Counted from the stretch's first letter, positions 37,635 through 47,264 are shown. The stretch: DNA of 64,000 bases from Bacillota bacterium (GCA_050952625.1 JBMNLH010000003.1:4807-68806); one strand, 5' to 3'. Numbers and translations: made by a program. Notes: generated by a model not told the origin, from the sequence alone.

Positions 37635-37955
37635 GTGGAATTGCGCGAAATGCAGCAAAAAGTGGATGATTGGGTTAGCCAATTTGCCGAAGGTTATTGG
37701 CACCCGTTGGCGCAGATGACTAAGCTAACCGAAGAGGTCGGAGAATTAGCTAGAGAAATCAATCATTACTACGGAGAAAAGCCCAAAAAACCAGGCGAAC
37801 CAGAGAGCAGCATCGCCCTGGAGTTAGGGGATATCCTTTTTGTTTTAGGCTGTTTCGCTAATTCACTGAACATTGATTTGGAGAAAGCATTTACCAGCGT
37901 GCTGGAAAAATACCGCACCCGAGACGCCAATCGCTGGACGCCGATTAATAAGTGA
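37635..37955 (+). CDS. MazG-like nucleotide pyrophosphohydrolase (small single-domain type)
   Basis: 106 aa with EEVGELAREI...ELGDILFVL motifs. AGGAGG RBS, GTG start 11 nt after the radical SAM stop. Confidence 0.8.
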   Translation: MELREMQQKVDDWVSQFAEGYWHPLAQMTKLTEEVGELAREINHYYGEKPKKPGEPESSIALELGDILFVLGCFANSLNIDLEKAFTSVLEKYRTRDANRWTPINK

Positions 37956-38080
37956 ACTCGTCCAGCTTTGCACATTAGGGCTTCAGTGGAGACTCTACAC
38001 TATTTGATTTTAAAATTTGATTATAAACAAGGTAACCCTACTTATTATATTATAGAAAAGTAGGGGGTTTGAACTTAGAT
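37952..38080 (-). repeat. RE-A copy (diverged)
   Basis: GTGAACTCGTCCAGC..GCTTCAGTGGAGACTCTAC..AACAAGGTAACCCTACTT..AAGTAGGGGGTTTGAACTTAGAT. It overlaps the MazG stop codon. Confidence 0.65.
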
Positions 38081-38110
38081 AAACTTCAACAAATCTTCAA
38101 CAAACTACTT

Positions 38111-38512
38111 CTATGGGTACTCAATCCACTGCCGGCCGTTCTCCTCTTTCAGATATTGACTTATCTGCCAAAAAGCAGCTCGCGTAAACTTGGCATTGCA
38201 AACCGATTCGTTAAATAGAGTAAAATATGGTACATCATTTTGCCAAAATATCTCTCCGGCCGGTAGGTCGACTACTCGTTCATCGGATAACCGGGCTTTT
38301 AGTCCTTGACCATCATCAAAAACCCCATTGATGATAAACGGTACATCCTCAACCACGACCGGCACCTCTTGATTAAGCCAGCAAATATAGTACTGGTTAT
38401 CCTTTAAGCGCAGATGTGACGAAAGCAACTTGACGATTTCCATGCGAAACATTTTTAAACCATTAAAGTACCAGGTGCCGTCATTGGCAATCCTGATTTC
38501 TTCCATCATCAC
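38111..38512 (-). CDS. DUF1285-like protein
   Basis: 133 aa. The pattern I.I..DG.W.F.G.....EIVKL.S..L......YYI......VPVVVEDVPF resembles DUF1285. Confidence 0.55.
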   Translation of the reverse strand: MMMEEIRIANDGTWYFNGLKMFRMEIVKLLSSHLRLKDNQYYICWLNQEVPVVVEDVPFIINGVFDDGQGLKARLSDERVVDLPAGEIFWQNDVPYFTLFNESVCNAKFTRAAFWQISQYLKEENGRQWIEYP

Positions 38513-38539
38513 TCAGATCCACACCTCCGTTGTTTACTC

Positions 38540-39295
38540 TTAATCTTCAACGCTAGATGTAAGCTCAATATATCTGGCTTGGGTTTTAATGCTGGCCAAC
38601 AATTCGCTTGTCACCCTTTCGCCTGCCCGAGCCAGTACTTCACCCGTATCGGAAAAGATCGATCGGATAAGTTTTTTGCCGATGAGGTACTGACGTTGCC
38701 GATATTCAAATATCTGGCTGCCTCGGTAATTGAGCGCAGATACTGGTGCATTTTCCTGATTCTGTTTAACCGATATTTGGTCCAATTCCTCTGGCTCAAC
38801 AGGGGTCCGGACTATTAAATCATCTGCTCCCTCATCTACGACTAATACGTCCTTCCCAAAAGTCAAGATCCTCTCACAGGGAATAAAAATCAAGGCCTGA
38901 TCATCTAAGGATGCTAATTCACACCCGGCAATTTGGCCGCTATCGATCTCAATAGCCATTTCGGCTACTGTCCCGATTAATCTACCTTTACGAGTATACA
39001 CCCTGGTACCAATTACGCGGATTTTTTGATCTAAAAAGGGAACTACCTCTGATTCTTTAGTTAAAGGGCTAAGCATTGCTTTACTCTCAACAGTAATCGC
39101 ATCCCGGCCAACTCCCAGAACCGATTTGTAGGGAAGTACTTGAGGAACTTCGTACCAGTCTCTGCCATTTAATAGCAAATACTCGATTCGACCCATTTCA
39201 GGATTGATCACTAGTTGGCGAATAACCCCTACTTCCTGACCATCGAGAATAGTAATTACCGGCAGGCCAAGAATCTCTTCGGTTTTTCTCATCAT
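38540..39295 (-). CDS. PRC-barrel domain protein (two repeats)
   Basis: ILGLPVITILDGQEVGVIRQLVINPEMGRIEYLLL, and a second repeat VIGTRVYTRKGRLIGTVAEMAIEIDSGQIAG. The likely start is the ATGATG after the GGAGAGGAG RBS, not the GTG at 39322. Confidence 0.75.
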   Translation of the reverse strand: MMRKTEEILGLPVITILDGQEVGVIRQLVINPEMGRIEYLLLNGRDWYEVPQVLPYKSVLGVGRDAITVESKAMLSPLTKESEVVPFLDQKIRVIGTRVYTRKGRLIGTVAEMAIEIDSGQIAGCELASLDDQALIFIPCERILTFGKDVLVVDEGADDLIVRTPVEPEELDQISVKQNQENAPVSALNYRGSQIFEYRQRQYLIGKKLIRSIFSDTGEVLARAGERVTSELLASIKTQARYIELTSSVED

Positions 39296-39322
39296 CAAAG
39301 GCAGACTCCTCTCCTGGGACAC

Positions 39323-39345
39323 GGGGACAGGTTATACTGTCCCGG
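39323..39345 (+). repeat. RE-C palindrome GGGGACAGGTTATACTGTCCCGG
   Basis: Read directly. Lies about 30 nt upstream of the PRC-barrel gene start. Confidence 0.8.
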
Positions 39346-39622
39346 GCAGTCTACGATCTGAAAATACTAACGCTTATGTTTTATTTTGTTTTATTTATAT
39401 GTATGTTTTAACTCGGTCACTTCTCGCTGTTCTGGTAATTGGCCTAAAGCCATTGATATAGCCATACTAACTAATGTAGTTTCTTCTGTCCTTGAAAATT
39501 TCGACATGGAGAGGGGAATTCCTGCAATTAATGACTAACATTCTTGAGATGTTCATTTATTCGTTTATAATAAAGCAGACAGGATCAGCGAGCAAAACAA
39601 TTAATTCCTGGGAGGAAGAAAC

Positions 39623-39904
39623 ATGGTTATTGGGGTATGCACAGCTGATTTATATCTGCCGACAACTCAATCCTTGAAAGACAAAAGAAGAATTATTAAA
39701 AGTATAATTGAAAAAATACGCGCCAAATTTAATGTTTCGATATCCGAAGTTGACTATCAGGATCAGTGGGGAAAAGCAACGCTGGGCATAGCCATCGTCA
39801 CTACCGATTCAGCTTATGCCCAACAAGTATTAAACGCGGCCACCAAAATTATTGACCAAAACTCCGAAGCAGAAATCTATAATCTGTCAGTGGAAATACT
39901 CTAG
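39623..39904 (+). CDS. DUF503 protein (YlxP-like)
   Basis: 93 aa. MVIGVCTADLYLP...SLKDKR.I.KSI..K.R.KFNVS..EVD.QD.W is typical of DUF503. Confidence 0.8.
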   Translation: MVIGVCTADLYLPTTQSLKDKRRIIKSIIEKIRAKFNVSISEVDYQDQWGKATLGIAIVTTDSAYAQQVLNAATKIIDQNSEAEIYNLSVEIL

Positions 39905-39959
39905 TGATTCGCTCAATCGATTGTCATGTTCTGATAGTGCGACTTAGCGGCATTAGGGT

Positions 39960-40955
39960 CTACTGTGGGTTTTCGGATTTTGCCTGCGCGTCGATAAAAC
40001 TCCATAAACTCTTCCAGACCGTCTGATCAACTATGCCGGTTACCGGCAACTCCTGGGCGAGCTGGTATGTTTTGACCGCCTCCTCTGTAATATCGCCAAA
40101 GCGGCCATCTGCATCCCCTGAATAGACGCCAACCTGCTGCAGCAAAAACTGGAGGGCCACCACATCCTGGTTGGCTTGTCCTTTACGGAGTGTCGGAGGA
40201 TTCTTCATTCGCGGCAACGGGCCAACGATTTTAACCAGAGTATTTGGCTGTACCCATTGGTACAGTAATTCCACATCCTTATTCAACATCCGAATACAGC
40301 CATGAGAAGCATACGTTCCAATGGACCAAGGTTTATTAGTGCCATGAATACCGTAAGTCCCCCACGGTACGTTCAGACCCATCCAGCGGGTACCAAATCC
40401 ACTTCCCCAATGAACCGCCTTCCGCACAATCCGCCATTCCCCAATTGGGCTGGGGGTCGACTTTTTACCGACCGCTACCGGAAAGGTCCGAAAGGGAACC
40501 CCATCAGCATAAACGGTCAATCGTCGGCTCGGCACATCCACAGTCAGCGTAATGTGACCGGTTGGGGCACCTGGATTGGTCGAAACTTCCTGTTCATATG
40601 TTTGGGCCAACACCCGCCAGGTCTCGTCGTCAACCACTTCGTCTGAGGTTAAATCGTTGTTTGATTTGAATTCTTTCACCGTCTCCGCCATTTCCCGGTC
40701 AAAGACCCCGTCATCCGGACCTTGATAATAACCCAGTTCAGCTAATCTGATTTGTAAGCCAACTACATCCAAATCCTTCACTGGCGGGTCCTGTAAAGTA
40801 AGCAGCGGACAAGAATCTACTTCCCCGCAAAATCCCTCTTGGCTGGTCACCGCTCCGGCTATTTCTTTATTGAAGTCGAGCGTTAAGAAACAAGCGGCAA
40901 TCAAGATAGCCACCAAGACAAAAATACTGTATCTAGTTGCTTTCACCAGGTCCAC
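39960..40955 (-). CDS. L,D-transpeptidase (YkuD) with two peptidoglycan-binding domains
   Basis: Catalytic HGT......G...SHGCIRM. PG_binding_1-like segments VVGLQIRLAELGYY and VVALQFLLQQVGVY. N-terminal TM anchor. The start may be the GTG at 40946. Confidence 0.9.
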   Translation of the reverse strand: MDLVKATRYSIFVLVAILIAACFLTLDFNKEIAGAVTSQEGFCGEVDSCPLLTLQDPPVKDLDVVGLQIRLAELGYYQGPDDGVFDREMAETVKEFKSNNDLTSDEVVDDETWRVLAQTYEQEVSTNPGAPTGHITLTVDVPSRRLTVYADGVPFRTFPVAVGKKSTPSPIGEWRIVRKAVHWGSGFGTRWMGLNVPWGTYGIHGTNKPWSIGTYASHGCIRMLNKDVELLYQWVQPNTLVKIVGPLPRMKNPPTLRKGQANQDVVALQFLLQQVGVYSGDADGRFGDITEEAVKTYQLAQELPVTGIVDQTVWKSLWSFIDAQAKSENPQ

Positions 40956-41444
40956 TCCTTCTCGAACGTTCTTCTCAATATGCGGTATTTTTCCCCGTTC
41001 GCCGCTGACAAATGAATGGTAAATACGTCCTCGGGCAGAAGTACCTGGATTAGATAAACCCGCCAGAGAGAATGGCTAATAAATAGTAAATAAAGAATAA
41101 AATCCGTTTTAAAGCCCAGCCCGCTTTTTGCAAAATTTCTTTCACCATTATTTGATTGCACTCACTCTCAATTATTTCAGCCATATATTAATATGATTAA
41201 TTGGGCAAATTTCAATTTTTGGACATGATTGTGAAAAACATGTTTTGTCCATCCTTGTTGCAGCTGCTGATTTTAATAACCATATGTTCGCATCGAATGG
41301 AAATAAGGTTATTAAGATAGTAACTTTCCATCTAAGAATAGTAGATTTTCATCAAAGATTGAAGGGGTAACATAAAATCGCCACCCCTTCATCCGGTTTC
41401 AAATTCTCTCATTCTTATTAACAAAGCCTAAAAACGGGTGCCAA

Positions 41445-41556
41445 GTGAACCGTTCAGCTTCGCTGAACATGAGGCTTCAGATGGAGACACTACTCCACCT
41501 GAAGTTTAAACAAGGTAACCCCCACTTAATAGAAGTGGGAGTCTTGTGATTCAGAT
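41445..41556 (-). repeat. RE-A full copy
   Basis: GTGAACCGTTCAGCTTCGCTGAACATGAGGCTTCAGATGGAGACACTACTCCACCTGAAGTTTAAACAAGGTAACCCCCACTTAATAGAAGTGGGAGTCTTGTGATTCAGAT. It ends 9 nt from the DegV stop. Confidence 0.85.
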
Positions 41557-41564
41557 AAAAAATG

Positions 41565-42431
41565 TTAGACCTCATAGATGGCTAAGCCCACCAGTCCCGG
41601 ACCGGTATGAACACCCAGGGCTGGACTTATTTGCGATAGGGTCACCTTGCGCAGATTAGGCAATGACGCTCTTAGTTTGACCAATATCTCTTCTGCTTCC
41701 TTACTGGCCCCACCGTGCATGACCGCCAGATCGACCACCTTTTCCCCGATCCGTTCGCGGGCAATATCCACTAACTTCTGCAACGAAGCCTTCCGTCCCC
41801 GGACCTTGGCAAAGGTAAAGTATTTACCTTCACGATTGACTGAGATTATTGGTTTAATATTCAGGAATTCACCGATGGTCCCCTCGACCAAACCAATCCG
41901 GCCTCCCTTTCTGAGATAATCAAGGGTAGGGATAACGTAGAAGACCTGAACCTTTTCTCGAACATGTTGCAGATGTTTGGTTATTTCCTTCAGCTTCAAG
42001 TTACGCTTTATCTGCTCCGCTGCCTCACACACCTGAAACCCAAGACCCATCGACAAAGTCAAGGAATCAATCACCTCCACCCAGAGATGCTCTGCTTGCT
42101 GACTGATCGTCTTGAACATATCATGGGTCCCGCTTAATCCGCTGGAGATTAAGACTGCCAAGACTTCGCGAAATCCCTCGGCTTTTAGTTTTTCTAACAA
42201 TTCAACTACTTCTCCGGCCGAGGGCATTGAAGTCCGCGGGATTTCCGCCGGCATCCGAGCGTAAACCGTTTCTGGTTCGATATCAACCCGATCCCGATAC
42301 TCCTCGTTGGGGTAAACAATCTTTAGGGGTAGGATCCTGATGTCGTTTTCCTTAATAATATCATCCGGTAAATCACAGGAACTATCTGTGATCAGGGCTA
42401 TTCGATTTGGGACCTGCTTACTGTTTTCCAC
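41565..42431 (-). CDS. DegV-family fatty-acid-binding protein
   Basis: 288 aa with IALITDSSCDLP and TSMPS motifs and GGRIG. Confidence 0.9.
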   Translation of the reverse strand: MENSKQVPNRIALITDSSCDLPDDIIKENDIRILPLKIVYPNEEYRDRVDIEPETVYARMPAEIPRTSMPSAGEVVELLEKLKAEGFREVLAVLISSGLSGTHDMFKTISQQAEHLWVEVIDSLTLSMGLGFQVCEAAEQIKRNLKLKEITKHLQHVREKVQVFYVIPTLDYLRKGGRIGLVEGTIGEFLNIKPIISVNREGKYFTFAKVRGRKASLQKLVDIARERIGEKVVDLAVMHGGASKEAEEILVKLRASLPNLRKVTLSQISPALGVHTGPGLVGLAIYEV

Positions 42432-42617
42432 CTTATTAATGCCTCCATAATATTAATATTAGGTTGTAATTTAACGTTAACCGTTGCAACGGTTAAGATT
42501 CGCTATTCATAAAAAATCTCCTGTTGAAATTTTAAAATACAGGAGAAATTTCTCGATTTTTCGTATTATTTTGTTTGTCGTCTATCTGTCTGCTATAATT
42601 AAGACAATTTCAAACTA

Positions 42618-42661
42618 GGCAACCCCCACTGATAGAAGTAGGGGGCTTTCGAGCTCAGATA
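42618..42661 (-). repeat. RE-A partial copy (hairpin 1 + tail)
   Basis: GGCAACCCCCACTGATAGAAGTAGGGGGCTTTCGAGCTCAGATA. Confidence 0.6.
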
Positions 42662-42741
42662 GTAGATGCCAGTCGTTAATCGCCGATTTTTGTTTACACA
42701 CGGCGTGATCTTGTTTTTTGTTTTTACTGGAGGTAGTTGCC

Positions 42742-43320
42742 GTGATTTCGACCCGAACGCTCACTCGGACTGCGTTGTTTTTGGCTTTAACCCTGGCCAT
42801 TCAACTTCTTCGTTTTCCTCAGCCAATTACCGGGCCCGCAATTAATGCTCTGTTATTATTGGCTGCCTTAATGATCGGTCCCTGGCCGGCGGTCCTCATT
42901 GGCTGTCTAACACCGGGAGTGGCCTTGCTGGTCGGTATCATTCCCCCGATTGTCAGTCCTCTGGTCCCTTTTATTATGCTGGCTAATGCGATTCTGATTC
43001 TAGTTTTTTACGGAATTAGCCAGGCTATTAACCCGACTCGGGGATCCTTTTACCTATCAAGTCAGTTTCGGTCCGGCCGACGCCCAGCAGTTGCCTTGTA
43101 TAGCGGAATCGGGTTAGCGGCCCTAGCTAAATTTGGCTTTCTCTACCTGATCACTCAATTTGCCGTTCAATGGTTTTATCAGCTCGGCTGGATAAAAGCA
43201 GCAATCCCTAGTCAGGCCTTGCTCACCTTCCAGCTCCCCCAACTGTATACTGCTCTAGTTGGCGGGATTCTAGCGGTCACTCTTTATCGCTACCTGCTTC
43301 CTCAAAGATACAAACGATAA
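42742..43320 (+). CDS. Integral membrane protein, ECF S-component-like (substrate unknown)
   Basis: About 190 aa with 5-6 TM segments. N-terminal TRTLTRTALFLALTLAI. GTG start after a GGAGGT RBS (the ORF track starts at 42718). Confidence 0.4.
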   Translation: MISTRTLTRTALFLALTLAIQLLRFPQPITGPAINALLLLAALMIGPWPAVLIGCLTPGVALLVGIIPPIVSPLVPFIMLANAILILVFYGISQAINPTRGSFYLSSQFRSGRRPAVALYSGIGLAALAKFGFLYLITQFAVQWFYQLGWIKAAIPSQALLTFQLPQLYTALVGGILAVTLYRYLLPQRYKR

Positions 43321-43805
43321 TTCGGGCTATTCTGCGGAAATTCGGGCCGCAGGTGAAGCAGTCGGTGCGATCCATCTAAGACCTCCCCAATAATCGCTTT
43401 GGCTAATGGGGTAGCCACAGGGTTGTTCAACACTTCTTCCCGAGTAAAAAAATCAGCCGCAGCGATCTCCCCGGGCCGAGGGGCAACTGTGCCGGAAATA
43501 AAGTGCATCAAAAATACGACATATGTTTCCACCCGGGAATCCGGCAGAATCAGGCTTCTTACAGCTACGACGCCCTGGGCAGTGGCGGTAATATTGGTTT
43601 CCTCCAGGACCTCGCGCTCCACGGCTGCGTCCAGGTTTTCCCCAACGTCAACATGTCCCCCGGGCAGCAGCCAGCAGCCTTTTAAATGGCCATAGTTATG
43701 CTTAACCATTAACACGCGCCCCTCTTGAATTACCAAACCACCTACCCCGAGCACGTGATAGGCCCGATTCTTATTAGCTCCTTCAGTCAATTGATCAACC
43801 CTCAC
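43302..43805 (-). CDS. NUDIX hydrolase
   Basis: Nudix box GGHVDVGENLDAAVEREVLEETNI. Confidence 0.9.
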   Translation of the reverse strand: MRVDQLTEGANKNRAYHVLGVGGLVIQEGRVLMVKHNYGHLKGCWLLPGGHVDVGENLDAAVEREVLEETNITATAQGVVAVRSLILPDSRVETYVVFLMHFISGTVAPRPGEIAAADFFTREEVLNNPVATPLAKAIIGEVLDGSHRLLHLRPEFPQNSPNYRLYL

Positions 43806-43824
43806 TTATTAGCTATTAGTTATT

Positions 43825-43897
43825 TCTGATTATCAGGACCGACTCCCGCTTCTATAAGTGGGTTTACCTTATTATAAACTCCAGACTAGAGTTGGAA
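43825..43897 (+). repeat. RE-A degenerate copy
   Basis: TCTGATTATCAGGACCGACTCCCGCTTCTATAAGTGGGTTTACCTTATTATAAACTCCAGACTAGAGTTGGAA. Confidence 0.5.
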
Positions 43898-43946
43898 TAC
43901 AAAGACAGTTTCTAAGACAACTGATCAAGCGTTACTTCCATATATT

Positions 43947-44699
43947 TTAACTCATTAATTTTAAGCCTAAACCTACCGCTACGGACAACAGAAAGCTGGC
44001 TGCGGTCCGGGTCAAAAAGAACCGGAGCGACATCCAGTTTCGCCAACTTACATAATGCACAATAAAAGGCAAGCTAAAACCAAGTAAAAGCAAAGGGAGA
44101 TTACTGAACCAGACACCAGTAGTAATTAACCCTCTTTCGGCAATTCCTGCCCATTTCTCTAACGGAGACAGCCAAAGCCCGCTCCCCGGCGATCCAACCC
44201 GGCTTACGGTAAATGTTTGAACCCAGATTACGCCAAAAAATAGACTGATAACATAGGCCAAAGCAACTGCAATCGCCTTTGGATCCAAGTATAACCGAAC
44301 CAGACTATCAAATATGTAAGTCCCCGACAGCCAGGGCGACCAATCTTTTTGATTCAATTCTGGAAAACCGGCCCAATAAGCCAATAGTACAAGCAGCCCT
44401 AAATGAATCCCTTGATCCAATAAAAAAGCACTGATCGGAAACCCAGGCTTTTTCCGGGTAATCACAATCTTCGCCTGATCAATAGCCCCGTGTAAAACGG
44501 TAACAACGGCCACTCCGGCGATAACCGCCAACCCATAAGGCCAGATTAACAGCATAGTGATACCGCCCACCAAGCCGGCATGCAGAGCAACCCCCGGCCA
44601 GCCCCGAATTTTGGCGGCAAAGACATGATTAGTTTGTAAAGGAAAATCTCCCAAAAAATGGCCTAGTAACAAGCATAATAATAGATGCATAGGTTCCAT
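43947..44699 (-). CDS. DUF3307 membrane protein
   Basis: 250 aa, multi-TM, N-terminal LLGHFLGDFPLQTNHV. Confidence 0.65.
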   Translation of the reverse strand: MEPMHLLLCLLLGHFLGDFPLQTNHVFAAKIRGWPGVALHAGLVGGITMLLIWPYGLAVIAGVAVVTVLHGAIDQAKIVITRKKPGFPISAFLLDQGIHLGLLVLLAYWAGFPELNQKDWSPWLSGTYIFDSLVRLYLDPKAIAVALAYVISLFFGVIWVQTFTVSRVGSPGSGLWLSPLEKWAGIAERGLITTGVWFSNLPLLLLGFSLPFIVHYVSWRNWMSLRFFLTRTAASFLLSVAVGLGLKLMS

Positions 44700-44930
44700 C
44701 CTAAAATCCTAAATAAGATATTACGAAAGATAACGAAGTTAACGATTTATGATTTGTCTTATAATTCTTTCATTCCTGTTGGCCTACTGCCCGAGTTAAA
44801 ACACCAGCGTCTTTATTTATTCGAATAACAGGATAAAGTTTTTCAATTAATTAAAAAGTAAGCCTCCTCACAAAGCGACGATTTATTCCATAAATTTAAC
44901 CAACGGTCCAGTCTTACCAAGCACTGGCAC

Positions 44931-46355
44931 TTATGCCGGATAGAGAAGCTCAAGATGATAATAAACGACAAACCGGTGCTTACTGGCATTTAATTCTCCC
45001 AGCATCAAAAAATAACGACCTTTTTGCGGCAAACGGCTGGTCTGATTAAATATCATTCCGGTCCCGTCGGAAACCAGGGTTATTGGTTGAGGATTTGATT
45101 CGCCGATTCCCGGGCCGGTAAGCCATATGCCGAATTGGCTTCCGTTTGATGGCGGACTGGATAGCCGCCCTCTGACCACCAGGTTTGGTTCGCTCAGCAC
45201 CAGGGTGTCCAGAAAGTTGAGCCCTAACTCTGTGGCTAAAATTCGGTGCTCAGAAGCAGCAGCGTCACCAGGTTCGGTTAACAAGAGCTGCTCTAGTTCC
45301 AGCGGTTTGGCTGGTTGACGTTCAGCCACGTTGCTGATAAAGTGACGCAATTGATTAGCTAAACTATCCAGCTGCCTCGGATCTCCAAAACACCCCCGGT
45401 GTCCTTCTTTTAATACCAGACCCCGACCGTAGAGCATTTTAAAATCCTCGGCAAAGTTCTCTTCAGTCAGTTCGGCCCATGCACCCGTATCGACAAAAGA
45501 ATCCCTTCCCCGTATCTTCAGGTAGTCAGTCCATACAGCCGGGTTGGCGGCATAATCACCGATAAACTGTTGGTGAAGATAGTGGCCAAATTCATGGACC
45601 AAAGTGGCGGCAGTTTCGTAATCATCGGCTGAGTCTTCCCCTCGAGCAGAAATAAATGCCCGTTCTTCTTGCAAGGGTAAACCGGCACTATACGAAAAAC
45701 CGCGGACTTCCTTAAGCCGGTAAGGCAACAGGAAAACTCGGTAGTTTTGAAAAACCTGATCCGGTAACTTAATTTGATCCAGGACCTGTCTGGTTTCAAC
45801 TACTGTCACGTACTGATCCGGCTGAGCGGTAACCATTTCCGAAAAGCCGGCCGCATCCCCCAGGTGATAGTATATTCTATCCAGAGCCGGGTAGAGATCA
45901 GCCACCTTTTTCCCCTTGAGTTGGCCGTCCATGGTGGCGCGAAGAAAATTTTCTCTGGCCGTTCGGGCCAGACCTAAGACGTGAAGCTGACCGGATGAGA
46001 CCGCATCATAAATCAAATAACCGCGCTGAGGATCCTGATAGTCAGGTGTAGTCAGCCGGCTTTGTAGTTGCTGGTTAATCTCTGCCCATTCTGCCGCGAC
46101 TAGCCTAACGGCTAAAGCCGGCTCTCGCTGATACTGGTTTAATCGAGTGGCTAACCGATGATAATCTAAAGTGTACCAGTCATTAAAAGACGCTGACGGG
46201 TAACCAGGAATAGAAATATTCTCATTTTTAATCGGCTCACTTATTCCTTCAGCTAACTTGGCCCAAGCCGGCTCTAGCCCAACCCCCAACAAACACACTA
46301 GGACCAGCAGGATCCTGAAGATACCTTTCAATCCATTATCCATCACCCTTATCAC
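44931..46355 (-). CDS. Secreted putative zinc metallopeptidase (HExxH)
   Basis: 474 aa. Signal peptide (ILLVLVCLLGVGLEPAWA) and a TLVHEFGHYLH motif. No further family assignment. Confidence 0.5.
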   Translation of the reverse strand: MIRVMDNGLKGIFRILLVLVCLLGVGLEPAWAKLAEGISEPIKNENISIPGYPSASFNDWYTLDYHRLATRLNQYQREPALAVRLVAAEWAEINQQLQSRLTTPDYQDPQRGYLIYDAVSSGQLHVLGLARTARENFLRATMDGQLKGKKVADLYPALDRIYYHLGDAAGFSEMVTAQPDQYVTVVETRQVLDQIKLPDQVFQNYRVFLLPYRLKEVRGFSYSAGLPLQEERAFISARGEDSADDYETAATLVHEFGHYLHQQFIGDYAANPAVWTDYLKIRGRDSFVDTGAWAELTEENFAEDFKMLYGRGLVLKEGHRGCFGDPRQLDSLANQLRHFISNVAERQPAKPLELEQLLLTEPGDAAASEHRILATELGLNFLDTLVLSEPNLVVRGRLSSPPSNGSQFGIWLTGPGIGESNPQPITLVSDGTGMIFNQTSRLPQKGRYFLMLGELNASKHRFVVYYHLELLYPA

Positions 46356-46558
46356 CTGCCTAGGATATTTCTCCCCTCGACCCGTGATCTCCTGCTCTTA
46401 GATAGAAATCCCGCTTTTTAGCTGATTTTGTTTGACCGCTTGTGAAATTCGTGGCCGCTCACTCCATTTCGGATAACCTAAGTTTGCCGGAGTAATTGAT
46501 AGCTGGCAATAGGTTTATGCAACCGGCAGACCGGAAATATAATTAAACTAACCTCCTC

Positions 46559-46587
46559 TTGACTTTCCCTGACCTTTGTGTTAAATT
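46559..46587 (+). promoter_or_regulatory. Sigma-A-type promoter of hsp20 (TTGACT-17-TAAATT)
   Basis: Hexamers read at 46559-46564 and 46582-46587 with 17-nt spacing. Confidence 0.45.
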
Positions 46588-46601
46588 TTAGTTAACGAAA
46601 T

Positions 46602-46637
46602 AGCCTAGCCTATTTCAATTTTTTGAATAGGTTAGCT
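46602..46637 (+). promoter_or_regulatory. Imperfect inverted repeat in the hsp20 leader
   Basis: AGCCTAGCCTATTTCAA-TTTTT-TTGAATAGGTTAGCT, directly downstream of the -10 box. Confidence 0.4.
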
Positions 46638-46667
46638 ATTAAAAAGTGATTTGGGAGGAGGTATAAG

Positions 46668-47111
46668 ATGCGAAAAGATCTGCGAAGTTTAATGCCCTTT
46701 CCCTTTGGGCGAAGAAGTCTGGCTGATTTCTTTGACGATTTTATGAGTGATGACTTTAGCAGCTTTTTCCCGGCGATGATGGGGCGAGAGATTCGAGTTG
46801 ATATCCACGAAACAGACAATGAAATTGTCTTAGAAGCAGAACTGCCCGGATTTAATAAAGAAGATATCGAAATTACGCTGGATGATAACAGTCTCACCTT
46901 AAAAGCCAATCAAAAGATGGAAAGCGAAATTCGCCGAGATAACTATCTCCGTCGCGAACGCCACTCAGGATCCTTGGTTCGCAGTTTCTTACTCCCAACC
47001 GAAGTAGATGAAAACCAAGTGAAAACCAGTTTTAACAACGGGCTCCTGGAACTCCGTCTGCGTAAAAAGGAACCCACCAAAACAAGACGCCGCCGAATTA
47101 ATATCGACTAA
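46668..47111 (+). CDS. Hsp20/alpha-crystallin small heat-shock protein
   Basis: 147 aa with VDIHETDNEIVLEAELPGFNKEDIEITLDDNSLTLKA and GLLELRL motifs. Confidence 0.9.
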   Translation: MRKDLRSLMPFPFGRRSLADFFDDFMSDDFSSFFPAMMGREIRVDIHETDNEIVLEAELPGFNKEDIEITLDDNSLTLKANQKMESEIRRDNYLRRERHSGSLVRSFLLPTEVDENQVKTSFNNGLLELRLRKKEPTKTRRRRINID

Positions 47112-47114
47112 AAA

Positions 47115-47143
47115 ATTCCCGCCCAATTGAGGCGGGAATTTTA
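47115..47143 (+). terminator. Intrinsic terminator of hsp20
   Basis: ATTCCCGCC..GGCGGGAAT stem followed by TTTTA. Confidence 0.75.
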
Positions 47144-47258
47144 TCTGGTTCAAAAGACCCTTGCTTATCTAAGTGGAGATTTTACCTTGTTCAAGCTTCA
47201 GGGGGGAGTAGTGTCCCCCACCTGAAGCCTGACGCTCAGCGGAACTGGACGAGTTCAC
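47144..47258 (+). repeat. RE-A copy
   Basis: TCTGGTTCAAAAGACCC..CTTCAGGGGGGAGTAGTGTCCCCCACCTGAAG..GAGTTCAC. Directly abutted by an RE-B B1 module. Confidence 0.7.
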
Positions 47259-47264
47259 CAGGCT

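Noticed and set aside
40943-41161. 72-aa minus-strand ORF upstream of the L,D-transpeptidase gene
   Set aside because: It overlaps the transpeptidase start region, lacks an RBS and has an unremarkable translation. It is treated as non-coding leader.
41225-41320. 31-codon hydrophobic ORF (MIVKNMFCPSLLQLLILITICSHRMEIRLLR) followed by a GAAGGGGT..ACCCCTTC hairpin, a possible type I toxin-like peptide
   Set aside because: There is no recognisable RBS, no candidate antisense RNA and no repeat of the arrangement elsewhere in the window. It is too speculative to call.
42655-42741. AGTAGATG...CGTTAA plus a CGCCG..CGGCG hairpin with a T-run upstream of the ECF-S-like gene, reminiscent of the THF-I riboswitch core
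   Set aside because: Only two short motifs match. The segment is too short, and the remaining conserved THF elements (pseudoknot, three-way junction strands) are not visible. Part of the region is an RE-A partial copy. I would only accept it with a positive covariance-model hit.
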